DNA of 64,000 bases from the NCBI GenBank assembly GCA_003250975.1, contig QKIY01000009.1, positions 30,727 through 94,726 on the forward strand, written 5' to 3'. This stretch comes from Gammaproteobacteria bacterium. GTDB taxonomy: Bacteria > Pseudomonadota > Gammaproteobacteria > Eutrophobiales > Eutrophobiaceae. A program made the position numbers and the translations under genes. The notes under the pieces are model-generated. The model was not told the origin of the DNA. It made no database searches and saw only the letters and a program-made list of their open reading frames with translations. Every line of letters starts with the position of its first letter. The stretch's first letter is position 1. Positions 19,213 to 30,354 of this stretch are shown here, one piece after another.

Positions 19213-21902
19213 TGTGATTCATCCTCCCCCGTACTTACCGGCACAGTCTGTAATTCATGGATTCGGCAAAAGGAGTGGAGATCGCAATAGGTACAGGTTT
19301 TCCCCTCTTTCGGATCTACCGTGGCAACTCCTTCGCGAAAATCACTGGCCAGCTTATCCAGGGTCACCTGCCACTGACGAAGCAGATCGGGCCAGTCCCT
19401 GACCTGGTCTCTTATGGCACTTACCTTGTCTATCGTTTTTACGCCGGGCAAAAGGCCCTCTTCCTCGGCAAGCCCGGCGCAGGCCACCTCGCCCAGCCTG
19501 AGCTTGATAAACGTTACTGCCGCAACTGCACCCTCACTGCTCACGGCATAAAGCGGTAGCTGTGGTTCGTCCGGCCGTTCACCGATCCATGTACCCGGTT
19601 TCGGGTCACTGGCCCCTGTCTTGTAATCAATGACAACTAGCCGGCCATCAAGCAATTGATCGATCCGATCGATACGGGTACTGATATCAATATCGTTGAT
19701 CGTAACGCTATGCCAGTGTTCGCATTGCCTAACTTCAAAGGGCTGGCGTTGTTTTTCAAGCTCGGCCAGTTCTGTTAACAGCCGCTTCAGCCGCTCTGTT
19801 TCCAGGTCTGTAAAGCGCCCTGTGAAAGTGAAAGGGAATTTTTGTTGATACCTTTGCACTGTCTCGGCGACCACCTGCCCGATGATGTCCTCCAGTTCCG
19901 AAGGAGTCTTTTCCTGCAGGTTTTTCAGGCTGCCCATCCTGAGCCAGAAGGTCTCCATCACTGTATGGGCGATCGATCCACGGTCCATTGCACTCAGGCC
20001 GATATCCCGTGTTTCCAGACGCCGGGCCGCAAGTCGGTGACGTGCAAACGCCCTGAAGGGGCAGGCGGCCTGATCCCTGAAGAGCGCCGTCCCTCCCCTG
20101 ACCTGTTCACCGGCGGGGATTGCCCGCGCACGCTGATCAGTGAATGTTTCAGTATGCCCAGCAAGAAACTGTATACGGACATATCCTTCAAGCTGACCAT
20201 CGCCATCGTATTCATCCGCAAGATAGGGCCTGATCAAGGCACTCGGTTGTAGGACTTGGTCCTTATCATTCGCGGGATAACTCAGGACCACATCACCGGC
20301 AGAACTGATCAGCCTGTCCAGCATCTTCCCTGCATAAGACAGGCGGTTTTCCGGTGAAGCGCCGGGCAACCCGAATTCACGTTGTAATGCCAGGGGAATA
20401 AAGACATCGGGCTCCGCCCGTCCAGGCCAGGCCTCTTGATGCAGGCCCATGACCCAGAGATGATCAAACTGCATCCCCGCCGCACCGTTCATTCCAAGGA
20501 TCTGGACGGGTGCCTCGTGGGTCTCGGGTTGGAAACGGGTATTCACAAGTATGCGTCGCATTTGCGTACAGGCATCCTGGAAACCCAAGCGCGGACTGAC
20601 AACGTCTAGCATGGCAAATTGTTCCAGAATCGATTGCCATTCATTTACTGTCTGGTACTCTCGACTGTCGAGGGGCCGTTCACCCGGCCAGGCAAAGACC
20701 TTTAATAATTCATTAAACACCCTGGCCCATTCGGCGGTGGATTGCCGCCTCCCTACATGACTCTGCAAGGTCTTTTCAAGCGACGTACAACACGCCATAA
20801 AATCACCCGGCACCAATGTCGGGTGAATATCCTGCCTCTCAAGTAGCTGCCGCAAGGAGTTAAATGTGATGCTGTGTTCACTGTATTTACGCAGTACTTC
20901 ATCAAACAATGCCCTTAACGGCCTTTCTTCACTTGCTGATTTAATAAACGGTGAGCGCAGGACCCTGCTGAATTCTTCCGTCGGAATTGACAATCTGCCC
21001 AGGGAAAGGATCCGCCAGGCATCAGCAATGAGCGGGTATTCAAGCAAGGGACGACCAAGAGAAATACTAAAGGATTTTGCCGCCGACACCTCCCCATCCA
21101 GTATGGCCCCGGGTTGCATGACATCTTCAAAGGTATTTTTTATCTGTGAATGGAGGGCATTCAGATTGTGGACGACGATACCGATACTGTGATCAGGGTT
21201 TGCAGCAAGTATTTCACGGGCCCAGTGGGCCGCAGCGCTTATCTCGGAGCGCCTGTCGACCAGTCCATAAGCCACTACTCTCTGGTTTGCTTCCGCCAGA
21301 GGGACTTCACGGATGTCGCTACCGTCCGCAGCCAGTTTCTCCAGCAGCCGACGCTGCTGGGGGGTAATCTCATCAAAACCCGCAAGCGCGAGTTTTTCAT
21401 TTCCCGGGAGCATTTCTCCGCTCCCGGACAACAAGTCGGGAAGCAAGGCGTGGTCGACCCAGCCGTGTTCTTGGCAGCGGTCCTGGTATTCCCGGCACCA
21501 TTGCTGGAAAGCATAGGCATCTTCGTCAATATAAACATCCCCAGGAAAAACCGGGATCTGCCATTCCTGACAGATCTGCCAGGAAACCAAGGCCTGGCGC
21601 GCAGCCTGACCGCCATTCAGCAGCCGGTCAGAGACCGGGGAATGGCTGATGTTTTCGGCCCAGAGTTGTTGTTGCTGGTGGCTTGAGAGGAGCATCTGAT
21701 CACATTGACGGCCTAGGGCATACCTTTCCCAGCATCTCTGTAACCATCCCTGCCAGGGCAAGATATCCGGTGACTGCCATGCCGTTTTCCCCTGCCTGGC
21801 CTGCTCCAGCGCATACTGGTATTGAAGTGCACGACTCAAGCGGGTTGTGGGGGTAATCAGGGTATAATGGCTTGCCAGCAATCGGCTGAGTTCTTTATTC
21901 AT
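19209..21902 (-). CDS. addB: AddB-type PD-(D/E)xK nuclease subunit with a C-terminal Fe-S cluster (helicase-nuclease partner of AddA).
   Basis: The 897-aa protein has an inactive-helicase-like N-terminal region. The C-terminal nuclease carries the Cys cluster ACPF...CTYCDLHSFC that is characteristic of AddB. Confidence 0.8.
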   Translation of the reverse strand: MNKELSRLLASHYTLITPTTRLSRALQYQYALEQARQGKTAWQSPDILPWQGWLQRCWERYALGRQCDQMLLSSHQQQQLWAENISHSPVSDRLLNGGQAARQALVSWQICQEWQIPVFPGDVYIDEDAYAFQQWCREYQDRCQEHGWVDHALLPDLLSGSGEMLPGNEKLALAGFDEITPQQRRLLEKLAADGSDIREVPLAEANQRVVAYGLVDRRSEISAAAHWAREILAANPDHSIGIVVHNLNALHSQIKNTFEDVMQPGAILDGEVSAAKSFSISLGRPLLEYPLIADAWRILSLGRLSIPTEEFSRVLRSPFIKSASEERPLRALFDEVLRKYSEHSITFNSLRQLLERQDIHPTLVPGDFMACCTSLEKTLQSHVGRRQSTAEWARVFNELLKVFAWPGERPLDSREYQTVNEWQSILEQFAMLDVVSPRLGFQDACTQMRRILVNTRFQPETHEAPVQILGMNGAAGMQFDHLWVMGLHQEAWPGRAEPDVFIPLALQREFGLPGASPENRLSYAGKMLDRLISSAGDVVLSYPANDKDQVLQPSALIRPYLADEYDGDGQLEGYVRIQFLAGHTETFTDQRARAIPAGEQVRGGTALFRDQAACPFRAFARHRLAARRLETRDIGLSAMDRGSIAHTVMETFWLRMGSLKNLQEKTPSELEDIIGQVVAETVQRYQQKFPFTFTGRFTDLETERLKRLLTELAELEKQRQPFEVRQCEHWHSVTINDIDISTRIDRIDQLLDGRLVVIDYKTGASDPKPGTWIGERPDEPQLPLYAVSSEGAVAAVTFIKLRLGEVACAGLAEEEGLLPGVKTIDKVSAIRDQVRDWPDLLRQWQVTLDKLASDFREGVATVDPKEGKTCTYCDLHSFCRIHELQTVPVSTGEDESQ

Positions 21903-22022
21903 AGCTCATCCGGCATTCTCATTAATATTCTTCCCACAGGCAACTCCTTGTCCGGGACATTGGCAGACTGAACCCCGGGTGTTAGCCTTTGTCATACCAA
22001 GGGTAAATAACTACAAGAACCG

Positions 22023-23024
22023 ATGCGAACCCCGGGATTGAAAATTGCAAATAAGTTTCAGCGTGTGTGTGTCCCTGTTGCGCCGGCTCACCCGGTCCCT
22101 GACATTGTGGATGATGCACGGGAGGGGCTGCTTAGGCCGCCCCGCAGCCTGCCACCCAAATATTTCTACGATGAGGCAGGATCACTACTCTTCACTAAAA
22201 TTTGCGAAACCCGAGAATACTACCCGACCCGCACAGAAGATAGACTGTTGGCCTCACATGCGCCGGACATTATCAGGATAGCCAGGCCTGGTCAGATTAT
22301 CGAACTGGGCAGCGGTAATTCGCAAAAGACGCGGCGCCTCTTTGATGCCTGTGAGAATACCGATCATACCTGCACTTATGCACCCTTTGATGTCTGTGCC
22401 CCCATCCTGGAAGAGACGGCTGATCAGCTTCAGGCAGAGTATGGCTGGCTGCATGTCACACCTTTACTGGGCGATTATCATGCCGGCCTTGACCATCTTC
22501 CGGCATTTACGGGGCGACGCCTGTTTGTCTTTCTGGGCAGCACCATTGGCAACTTCGAACCGGGAGAGGCCCACACATTCCTGCGGGAGATTACGGCTAT
22601 CATGAATCCCGGGGATTACCTGTTGATTGGTGCAGACAGGGTAAAGGATACGCGGGTGCTGGATAGTGCCTATAATGATGCCGAAGGGATAACGGCTGCT
22701 TTCAACCTGAATTTACTCGAGGTCCTGAATCGTGAACTGGATGCTGATTTTAATCCCTGCCACTTCCGGCACAAGGCGGAGTTTGTTCCTGAAAGATCCA
22801 GGATAGAGATGAAACTGGTTTGCAATGCCACACATCAAATCACACTGAAGGAACTCGATGAAACGATCGCCTTCCTGCCCGATGACGAGATCCTCACTGA
22901 AGTCAGCTATAAATTTACTCATGATGGCGCAGAAAAATTACTGGAAGAAGGCGGTATGAATGTCGTAAAGCACTATGAACCGGAAAACAGGTATTTCTCG
23001 TTGATACTTGGACAATTTATCTAG
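22023..23024 (+). CDS. egtD: EgtD-family SAM-dependent L-histidine N-alpha-methyltransferase (ergothioneine/hercynine-type). It is stand-alone.
   Basis: The 333-aa protein is collinear with mycobacterial EgtD (LPPKYFYDEAGSLLFTKICETREYYPTRTE, ELGSGNSQKTRRL, VFLGSTIGNF, TEVSYKF). No egtB/egtC/egtE is present in the window. Confidence 0.8.
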   Translation: MRTPGLKIANKFQRVCVPVAPAHPVPDIVDDAREGLLRPPRSLPPKYFYDEAGSLLFTKICETREYYPTRTEDRLLASHAPDIIRIARPGQIIELGSGNSQKTRRLFDACENTDHTCTYAPFDVCAPILEETADQLQAEYGWLHVTPLLGDYHAGLDHLPAFTGRRLFVFLGSTIGNFEPGEAHTFLREITAIMNPGDYLLIGADRVKDTRVLDSAYNDAEGITAAFNLNLLEVLNRELDADFNPCHFRHKAEFVPERSRIEMKLVCNATHQITLKELDETIAFLPDDEILTEVSYKFTHDGAEKLLEEGGMNVVKHYEPENRYFSLILGQFI

Positions 23025-23046
23025 GATATCCAGCTTGTGATCCATT

Positions 23047-23445
23047 ATGAAAAAACCCGATAAGACCGAAGCGGAATGGAAGCAGAAACTGACTCCGGAA
23101 CAATTTAGCATTTGCAGGAAAAAAGGCACTGAACGACCCTTCACGGGCAAATATTATAATTGCACCAGAAAAGGGGTTTACCACTGCAGCTGTTGCGGAA
23201 ATCCTTTGTTCAGTTCCGAGACCAAATATAATTCCGGCAGTGGCTGGCCCAGCTTTTACGCGCCTATGGAACAACAGGCAATCAAGACCGCTTTCGATGA
23301 TAGCTTCGGAATGCGGCGGGTGGAAGTCCTGTGCCAAAAGTGTGACGCACATCTCGGACATGTATTCGAGGACGGCCCGAAACCGACTGGCCTGCGTTTT
23401 TGTATCAATTCAGTCTCGCTGGATCTCAAGGAAGATGAAGAATAG
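23047..23445 (+). CDS. msrB: Peptide methionine-(R)-S-oxide reductase MsrB.
   Basis: The protein has the SelR fold with Zn-binding CxxC pairs (CSCC..., [12 protein letters not shown]) and a catalytic Cys in RFCINS. Confidence 0.9.
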   Translation: MKKPDKTEAEWKQKLTPEQFSICRKKGTERPFTGKYYNCTRKGVYHCSCCGNPLFSSETKYNSGSGWPSFYAPMEQQAIKTAFDDSFGMRRVEVLCQKCDAHLGHVFEDGPKPTGLRFCINSVSLDLKEDEE

Positions 23446-23483
23446 TAATTGAGCATCAAAACCCTCTCGGCTATGATTAGCGG

Positions 23484-24389
23484 GTGAGGCATATTACTGA
23501 GTCTGAATGGATATTCGGGGCTATTTTTCTATTGGCCTACTGTTTCTTCGCGTATCTTGATTTCTATCTTGCTAACGAAATCACCACATCAATTTCCTAT
23601 GTTTCACTCCTGGGCTTTGGCCTTTTGGCGCGCTCAAAACGACTGACGATAATAATTGGCGTCATTAGTGTTGTGACCACTGCAACCGGCATGTATCTCA
23701 TACCATCAGAACTGGTTGATACTACCAACCGTCAACTTGTAATCATTGCCATTATTACCATTACCATTACCAGTCATATTTTCATGGATCGACAACAGGC
23801 CTTTGAAGAAAAACTTTACAGGTTTGCGAGCACAGATGCGCTTACCGGCGTGGCAAATAGGAGGACCCTGGCAAACGAGATTGAACAACGTCTTTCCGAA
23901 GCACTGCGCTACAAGAAGGACCTGTCGTTGATCCTTTTTGACCTTGATAACTTCAAGCAAATTAATGACAAGTATGGGCACCTGGCTGGTGATGAGATTC
24001 TAAAAAAGATCACGGAAATCTGCCTTAAATGGTTACGTATTACAGACGTCATGGGGCGTTATGGCGGGGAGGAATTCATGGTCGTCTGCCCAAACACATC
24101 ACTGGAAGGAGCTTTGACGCTGGGAGAAAGGATCAGGGTCGCCATTCAAAATGCTGCTTTTCGTTTTGACAATGATATTATCAAGATCACCGTCAGTGTC
24201 GGGGTCACCGAACTAAGGGGGCATCTGAGCAGAGGAGAACAATCCACCATCAAGATGCAATTGTCTCACTACCTGATAGATGCTGCCGATACCGCTCTCT
24301 ATAATGCCAAGTCTTCAGGCAAAAACTGCGTTATTGCATTTGACCCGGAAAAAGACAGGGTCGCTTCTGAACAGACCGTACCTGTCTGA
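23484..24389 (+). CDS. Membrane-anchored diguanylate cyclase (GGDEF domain).
   Basis: The protein has an N-terminal multi-TM region and a GGDEF domain with an intact GGEEF active site (RYGGEEFMVV). The start is GTG. Confidence 0.85.
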   Translation: MRHITESEWIFGAIFLLAYCFFAYLDFYLANEITTSISYVSLLGFGLLARSKRLTIIIGVISVVTTATGMYLIPSELVDTTNRQLVIIAIITITITSHIFMDRQQAFEEKLYRFASTDALTGVANRRTLANEIEQRLSEALRYKKDLSLILFDLDNFKQINDKYGHLAGDEILKKITEICLKWLRITDVMGRYGGEEFMVVCPNTSLEGALTLGERIRVAIQNAAFRFDNDIIKITVSVGVTELRGHLSRGEQSTIKMQLSHYLIDAADTALYNAKSSGKNCVIAFDPEKDRVASEQTVPV

Positions 24390-24394
24390 GCGGC

Positions 24395-24973
24395 TTAGTT
24401 ATCAATAAAATCAAACAGTAACTCGTCGCTCAACAGATTCTGCAAGACTATGGCGAGAGATTCATTCACCAAAATTTCATTATCTTCCATGTCAGGCGTC
24501 TTCACTACATCCTTTTTGCGTGACACGGTATAGTTGCGTCTGAATTCTCTGTTACCTTTCTGGACTACTGCTTCTAGTTCTATATCGATCTGGATCTGGT
24601 TCAGGAGTTTTTCTTCAATTACGGTGTATTTAATGCTTGATGTATTGATAGTCAGATAGGCATCAGGACTTTCCTTCGAAATAACGGTGTACCCGAGCGC
24701 GCTGAATTTGGCAGAGAGTTTCTTCTGCAAGGTCGCCGTCATGGCCTGGTCAGTACTGATATGCGAGGTTTCTTTATAAATGCCACCCCGTTGACCTATG
24801 ATGGGAGAGCTTCGCGGATCCTCGACATCAACCTTGAGGCTGACTGGTTTGAGGGCAACATTGCTCGCCTCAGTAGAGAGTTCAGGATCAATAACAACGA
24901 CTTGCGGACTGAGAGCGCAGGCATGCAGCAGCAAGGTCAGCCAAGCCAGTAAAATTAATTCTCGCATCTTCAT
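24395..24973 (-). CDS. Putative lipoprotein (YajG-like).
   Basis: The internal ATG at 24971-24973 has a GGAG RBS and gives MKMRELILLAWLTLLLHAC..., a lipoprotein-type signal. Its size and position resemble YajG-family lipoproteins. The ORF-track start at 24988 adds 5 residues. Confidence 0.45.
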   Translation of the reverse strand: MKMRELILLAWLTLLLHACALSPQVVVIDPELSTEASNVALKPVSLKVDVEDPRSSPIIGQRGGIYKETSHISTDQAMTATLQKKLSAKFSALGYTVISKESPDAYLTINTSSIKYTVIEEKLLNQIQIDIELEAVVQKGNREFRRNYTVSRKKDVVKTPDMEDNEILVNESLAIVLQNLLSDELLFDFIDN

Positions 24974-25012
24974 AATATCTCCGGACATATTTATGTCATT
25001 TATTAGCCAAAG

Positions 25013-26413
25013 TTAACCAGCGCCATCCAGGGGCTCAAACCAGGCAAGCTTTTCATGGAGCCTGACGACCTCTCCCACGATGATCATGCTGGGTGGTTTA
25101 ATCTCATGTTGTTGAGGTATCTCATGTAGATTACTTAATGTACTCACGTAGACGCGTTGGTGCTGCGTGGTAGCCTGTTGGATGATTGCCGCAGGCGTAT
25201 CCGCCGACATGCCTCGTGCGATCAATTCAGCACACAACACATCAATACCGTGTGTCCCCATATAGACTGCTATGGTCTGTCTGGGTTGCACCAGTGCATC
25301 CCAGTTCAAATCCATGCTGCCGTCTTTCAGGTGGCCGGTAACAAAGATACAGGAATGGGCATGGTCGCGGTGCGTCAAAGGAATACCAGCATAGGAAGCG
25401 CAACCTGCCGCCGCAGTGATGCCCGGTACCACCTGGAAAGGAATTCCTTCACTCGACAGGGTCTCAATCTCTTCTCCACCACGACCAAAGATAAACGGAT
25501 CGCCGCCCTTTAATCGCAGGACGCGCTTGCCTTCCTTTGCCAGCTTGATTAGCAACTGGTTGATCTCATCCTGTGGCAAGACATGCTGGTCCCGTTGCTT
25601 GCCGACGTAGATCCGATCGGCATCCTTGCGCGCCAGGTCTACAATCGCCGGCGCCACCAGCCGGTCATAAAGCACAACATCCGCCTGCTGCATCAGGCGC
25701 AGAGCACGGAAGGTCAGTAAATCCGGGTCACCTGGTCCGCCACCAACGAGATAGACCTCGCCGGTCTTGCTGACTGATACCGACTCATCTTCAAGCTGCA
25801 GTTCCAGTGCCTGGACCGCCTGTTTTTCGCGGCCCGCAAACAACATCTCGGCCACCGATCCCTGCAGGATATGCTCCCAGAAGCGGCGCCGTTCGCGCTG
25901 ATTGGGAAACCGTTCCCTGACCTTCTGCCGGGATTTTGCCATCAATGCCGCCAGCCGGCCGAAGGATGGTGGTATCAGGGTCTCCAGCCGCGCCCGCAGA
26001 AGACGCGCCAGTATCGGCGAGGCGCCTCCCGTGGAGATGGCAATCTGCACCGGCGAACGATCGATCACCGAGGGCATGATAAAGGAACAGAGGGCCGGGT
26101 TATCTACGACGTTAACGGGCAGTTTCCTTTCCCTGCACAAACCGGAAACCGTTTCATTCAGTGAGCGATCATCGGTAGCCGCTATCACCAGCACCATGCC
26201 GTCCAGATAGCCGGGATCAAACCGGTTGTTGATATGGACCAGGTTGCCGGCGTCACGCAACGCAGAAAGCGAGCTGCACAATTCGGGCGAAACAACGGTT
26301 ACCCGTGCCCTGGCCTTGAGTAACTGCAGAACCTTTCGATAGGCAACTTCACCTCCACCAATAACCAGGCAGGGCTCATCTGACAATTTGAGAAATACAG
26401 GGAGGAAATTCAT
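25013..26413 (-). CDS. cysG: Siroheme synthase CysG (precorrin-2 dehydrogenase/sirohydrochlorin ferrochelatase fused to uroporphyrinogen-III C-methyltransferase).
   Basis: The protein has an N-terminal Rossmann motif (LVIGGGEVAYRK). The C-terminal SUMT domain has the GGGPGDPDLLT and VLRLKGGDPFIFGRGGEE motifs. Confidence 0.9.
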   Translation of the reverse strand: MNFLPVFLKLSDEPCLVIGGGEVAYRKVLQLLKARARVTVVSPELCSSLSALRDAGNLVHINNRFDPGYLDGMVLVIAATDDRSLNETVSGLCRERKLPVNVVDNPALCSFIMPSVIDRSPVQIAISTGGASPILARLLRARLETLIPPSFGRLAALMAKSRQKVRERFPNQRERRRFWEHILQGSVAEMLFAGREKQAVQALELQLEDESVSVSKTGEVYLVGGGPGDPDLLTFRALRLMQQADVVLYDRLVAPAIVDLARKDADRIYVGKQRDQHVLPQDEINQLLIKLAKEGKRVLRLKGGDPFIFGRGGEEIETLSSEGIPFQVVPGITAAAGCASYAGIPLTHRDHAHSCIFVTGHLKDGSMDLNWDALVQPRQTIAVYMGTHGIDVLCAELIARGMSADTPAAIIQQATTQHQRVYVSTLSNLHEIPQQHEIKPPSMIIVGEVVRLHEKLAWFEPLDGAG

Positions 26414-26456
26414 CGTTTATCCGCCGGAAATGAGGCGACTTTGTAACAGGATATTG

Positions 26457-27023
26457 TCACGTCTTGGGCAAGGTGACTCCGGTCTGGCCCTGGTATTTGC
26501 CGCCCCTGTCCTTGTAGGAAATATCACAGACCTCGTCCGATTCAATGAAGATCATCTGCGCGACCCCTTCATTGGCATAGATCTTTGCAGGCAACGGCGT
26601 GGTATTGGAAAACTCCAGTGTCACATGGCCTTCCCATTCGGGTTCCAGTGGCGTGACATTTACGATGATCCCGCAGCGCGCGTAAGTGGATTTCCCCAGG
26701 CAGATCGTCAGGACATTACGGGGAATACGGAAATACTCTACTGTGCGGGCCAGGGCAAACGAATTTGGCGGGATGATGCATACATCACCCTTGAAATCGA
26801 CAAACGATTTCTCGTCGAAGGCCTTCGGATCCACGATACTGCTGTTGATATTGGTAAATATCTTGAATTCATCGGCACAACGAACATCATAGCCATAGCT
26901 CGAGGTCCCGTAGGAGATCAACCTGTGGGAACCGTTCTGCTTTATCTGGTCGGGGGAAAAGGGCTCAATCAGGCCCGCCTGTTCCGCCATACGGCGGATC
27001 CATTTATCAGATTTGACACTCAT
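26457..27023 (-). CDS. dcd: dCTP deaminase.
   Basis: The 188-aa protein is collinear with E. coli Dcd ([15 protein letters not shown]...GYDVR...). It is positioned next to apbC/metG as in enterobacteria. Confidence 0.9.
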   Translation of the reverse strand: MSVKSDKWIRRMAEQAGLIEPFSPDQIKQNGSHRLISYGTSSYGYDVRCADEFKIFTNINSSIVDPKAFDEKSFVDFKGDVCIIPPNSFALARTVEYFRIPRNVLTICLGKSTYARCGIIVNVTPLEPEWEGHVTLEFSNTTPLPAKIYANEGVAQMIFIESDEVCDISYKDRGGKYQGQTGVTLPKT

Positions 27024-27028
27024 ACCGT

Positions 27029-28120
27029 CTAGTTATTATCCACAACGATTTTGGGGAAGACGCGACTGTAATCTTTTGCCTGCAGGGCCAGTTTGGCCAC
27101 AGCCTTTCGGGCAATCTCGCGGTAGGTCCGGGCTATGGATGAATCGGGTGCAAGGGCCACCGTCGGCTTGCCATTATCGACTCCTTCGCGGATGGTGATA
27201 TCCAGCGGAAGGCTGCCAAGCAGGTCCACGCCGTATTGCCTCGCCATCTGTTCACCTCCACCTGCACCGAAGATATGTTCCTCATGGCCACACTGGCTGC
27301 AGATATGGGTGCTCATGTTCTCTACGATCCCTAGGACGGAGACCTCGACCTTTTCAAACATCTTCAGGGCCTTCCGGGCATCGAGCAAGGCAATGTCCTG
27401 CGGGGTAGTCACAATCACTGCGCCGCTGACTGGTATCTTCTGGCACAGGGTCAGCTGGATATCACCGGTGCCGGGTGGCAGGTCGATCACCAGGTAATCC
27501 AGATCATCCCAGTTCGTGTCATGTAGCAGTTGTTCCAGGGCGGAAGTCACCATCGGCCCACGCCAAATCATCGGGGTGTCTTCCTCTATCAGGTAACCGA
27601 TCGACATGCTCTGCAACTGGTAACTGACATTCGGTTCAAGGGTCTTGCCGTCCTTTGTGTCCGGCTTGCCATGGCAACCGAGCATGCGCGGCTGGCTCGG
27701 GCCGTAGATATCGGCATCGAGGATTCCAACCCTGGCACCCTCGGCCTGTAAGGCCAGGGCCAAATTAACGGCCGTGGTGGATTTGCCCACCCCGCCCTTG
27801 CCGGATGCCACCGCAATGGTGTTTTTGACACTCGGCAGTACCTGCACACCCTTTTGCACGGAGTGAGCAATGATTTTGCTGTTAATGGTGATACGGGCCT
27901 CTCCGATATCAAAATCCTCCCGCAGCTTTGCCCTGATTATCTCCGCCAACCGGTCATGAAATCCCGCGGCGGGATAACCCAGCTGAATCTCGATGACCGG
28001 CCCGCCATCCTCAAGTCTGACCGACTTGATAACACGCGCAGCAGCCAAGTCCTGGCCCAGGTAAGGATCTGTGATCCGGCCGATAGCGGCCTCAATCTTT
28101 TCAGGGGTTAATTCTGACAT
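27029..28120 (-). CDS. apbC: Fe-S cluster carrier ATPase ApbC/Mrp (NBP35 family).
   Basis: The protein has a P-loop ([21 protein letters not shown]) and a CxxC Fe-S motif ([10 protein letters not shown]). It is divergent from metG as in E. coli. The start was chosen at the ATG giving MSELTPEK...; the ORF track extends 15 codons further to a GTG at 28165. Confidence 0.8.
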   Translation of the reverse strand: MSELTPEKIEAAIGRITDPYLGQDLAAARVIKSVRLEDGGPVIEIQLGYPAAGFHDRLAEIIRAKLREDFDIGEARITINSKIIAHSVQKGVQVLPSVKNTIAVASGKGGVGKSTTAVNLALALQAEGARVGILDADIYGPSQPRMLGCHGKPDTKDGKTLEPNVSYQLQSMSIGYLIEEDTPMIWRGPMVTSALEQLLHDTNWDDLDYLVIDLPPGTGDIQLTLCQKIPVSGAVIVTTPQDIALLDARKALKMFEKVEVSVLGIVENMSTHICSQCGHEEHIFGAGGGEQMARQYGVDLLGSLPLDITIREGVDNGKPTVALAPDSSIARTYREIARKAVAKLALQAKDYSRVFPKIVVDNN

Positions 28121-28298
28121 CTCTAGGGTCACGTCTGGTTTTTTATGATCCGGGCATCTTACCACAAGGCAGGGACTATAGTCAGAGACCCGGTGTGTTT
28201 TGGCCCGGCGTGAGGGACTGTTGCCAATCCATAAATTTTTGTTCTGCCGCCAGCTGACGTGTTAACTTATTGCGCCTTTATGGCATAAAAGACCGCAT

Positions 28299-30344
28299 AT
28301 GACAGACCATCCTCGAAAAATCCTGGTAACCAGCGCCCTGCCCTACGCAAACGGGCCGATTCATATAGGGCACCTGGTAGAATACATCCAGACCGATATC
28401 TGGGTGCGTTTCCAGAAGATGCGTGGTCATGTTTGTCATTACGTCTGCGCCGATGATGCACATGGCACGCCGATCATGCTGTGTGCCCGGCAGGAAGGGA
28501 TCGAACCAGAAGCCCTGATTGCGCGGGTCATGGAAGAACATCAGCAGGATTTCGCGCAGTTCGCAGTGGCCTTTGACAACTATCACAGTACTCACTCGGA
28601 AGAAAACCGTGAGCTTGCTGAAATGATCTATCGTCGCCTAGCGGATGCGGGCCATATCAATCGGCGTACGATCAAGCAGGCATATGATGCGGTCAAGGAA
28701 ATGTTTTTGCCGGATCGCTTCATCCGCGGAGAATGTCCGAAATGCGGAGCCGCCGACCAGTATGGCGACAGTTGCGAGGTCTGCGGGGCAACCTATACAC
28801 CCACTGACCTCAAAAATGCCGTTTCGGCCCTTTCCGGCACAAAACCGGTCGAAAGGGAATCCGAGCATTATTTTTTCAAGCTGGCGGACTTCGAAACCCT
28901 GTTACGTGAATGGACACGGGGCGGACACTTGCAGGATGAGGTCAGCAATAAACTGGATGAATGGTTTGAGGCCGGGCTACAGGAATGGGACATCTCAAGG
29001 GACAAACCATATTTCGGATTCAGGATCCCGGACACAGATGACAAGTATTTCTACGTCTGGCTGGATGCGCCGATAGGTTACCTTGCAAGTTTCAAGAATC
29101 TCTGCGATCGCAGCGGGCTGGATTTTGATGAATACTTTGCTGCCGGCAGCACAACGGAACTCTACCATTTCATCGGCAAGGATATCATTTATTTTCATGC
29201 CCTGTTCTGGCCGGCCATGCTTTATGGTAGCAAGCTGCGTACACCGACTGCCATATTTGCCCACGGGTTTCTGACAGTAAATGGCCAGAAGATGTCAAAG
29301 TCGCGCGGGACATTCATCACGGCAAGGACCTACCTTGACCATCTCGACCCACAATACCTGCGCTACTACTTTGCGGCCAAACTTGGCAGCGGCGTGGAAG
29401 ATATCGATCTCAATTTCGAGGATTTCTGCAACCGCGTGAATGCCGACCTGGTCGGCAAGGTAGTTAATATAGCCAGTCGCTGTGCCGGCTTCATTAACAA
29501 GCGCTTTGATGGAAAACTGGCGGCCATGATTCACAGACCGGAATTGCTGGATGAATTCACCGCCGCAGGCGAGGCAATTGCCGATCACTACGAATCACGC
29601 GAGTACGCAAAGGCCATGCGCGAGATCATGGCACTGGCTGACCGCGCCAACCAGTATATCGATGAACTCAAGCCCTGGGTCATTGCAAAGGACACAGCGC
29701 GTGAGAATGAATTACAGTCTGTCTGTAGTATGGGGATAAATCTGTTCCGCTGTCTTATGATCTACCTGAAGCCGGTCCTGCCGGTGATGGCGGAACAGGG
29801 TGAAGCATTCCTGAATGTAAAACCCCTGCAATGGAGTGACTTAGGGTCCCCCTTGCTCGATCATTCAATCAATATATTCAAACCGCTGATGCAACGAGTA
29901 GAAATGGAGAAAATACATGCCATGATTGATGCTAGTAAAGATGACCTTTCACAGAAAACTGCTGGAGGTGGGAAACCCGAACCTGGTACGGGCCATCTTG
30001 CCGATAACCCGATCGATGATGAAATCACTATTGATGATTTCGCGAAAATTGATCTGCGTGTTGCAAAGATAGTCCGGGCCGAAAATGTGGAAGGTGCAGA
30101 TAAACTTCTGCAACTGACGCTTGATATCGGGGGCGAAACGCGTAATGTCTTCGCGGGAATCAGATCAGCCTATCAACCTGAGGAGCTGGAAGGAAGATTG
30201 ACTGTCGTGGTCGTCAACCTGGCGTCGCGTAAGATGCGATTCGGTGTATCTGAAGGAATGGTGCTCGCGGCAGGACCCGGTGGAAAAGAACTTTACATAC
30301 TGAGCCCGGATTCCGGCGCAGAACCCGGAATGAAAGTAAAGTAA
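28299..30344 (+). CDS. metG: Methionine--tRNA ligase.
   Basis: The protein has the HIGH motif ([12 protein letters not shown]), the KMSKS motif, a Zn knuckle (CPKCGA...CEVCG) and a C-terminal tRNA-binding (Trbp111-like) domain. Confidence 0.95.
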   Translation: MTDHPRKILVTSALPYANGPIHIGHLVEYIQTDIWVRFQKMRGHVCHYVCADDAHGTPIMLCARQEGIEPEALIARVMEEHQQDFAQFAVAFDNYHSTHSEENRELAEMIYRRLADAGHINRRTIKQAYDAVKEMFLPDRFIRGECPKCGAADQYGDSCEVCGATYTPTDLKNAVSALSGTKPVERESEHYFFKLADFETLLREWTRGGHLQDEVSNKLDEWFEAGLQEWDISRDKPYFGFRIPDTDDKYFYVWLDAPIGYLASFKNLCDRSGLDFDEYFAAGSTTELYHFIGKDIIYFHALFWPAMLYGSKLRTPTAIFAHGFLTVNGQKMSKSRGTFITARTYLDHLDPQYLRYYFAAKLGSGVEDIDLNFEDFCNRVNADLVGKVVNIASRCAGFINKRFDGKLAAMIHRPELLDEFTAAGEAIADHYESREYAKAMREIMALADRANQYIDELKPWVIAKDTARENELQSVCSMGINLFRCLMIYLKPVLPVMAEQGEAFLNVKPLQWSDLGSPLLDHSINIFKPLMQRVEMEKIHAMIDASKDDLSQKTAGGGKPEPGTGHLADNPIDDEITIDDFAKIDLRVAKIVRAENVEGADKLLQLTLDIGGETRNVFAGIRSAYQPEELEGRLTVVVVNLASRKMRFGVSEGMVLAAGPGGKELYILSPDSGAEPGMKVK

Positions 30345-30354
30345 TATTATTTTT

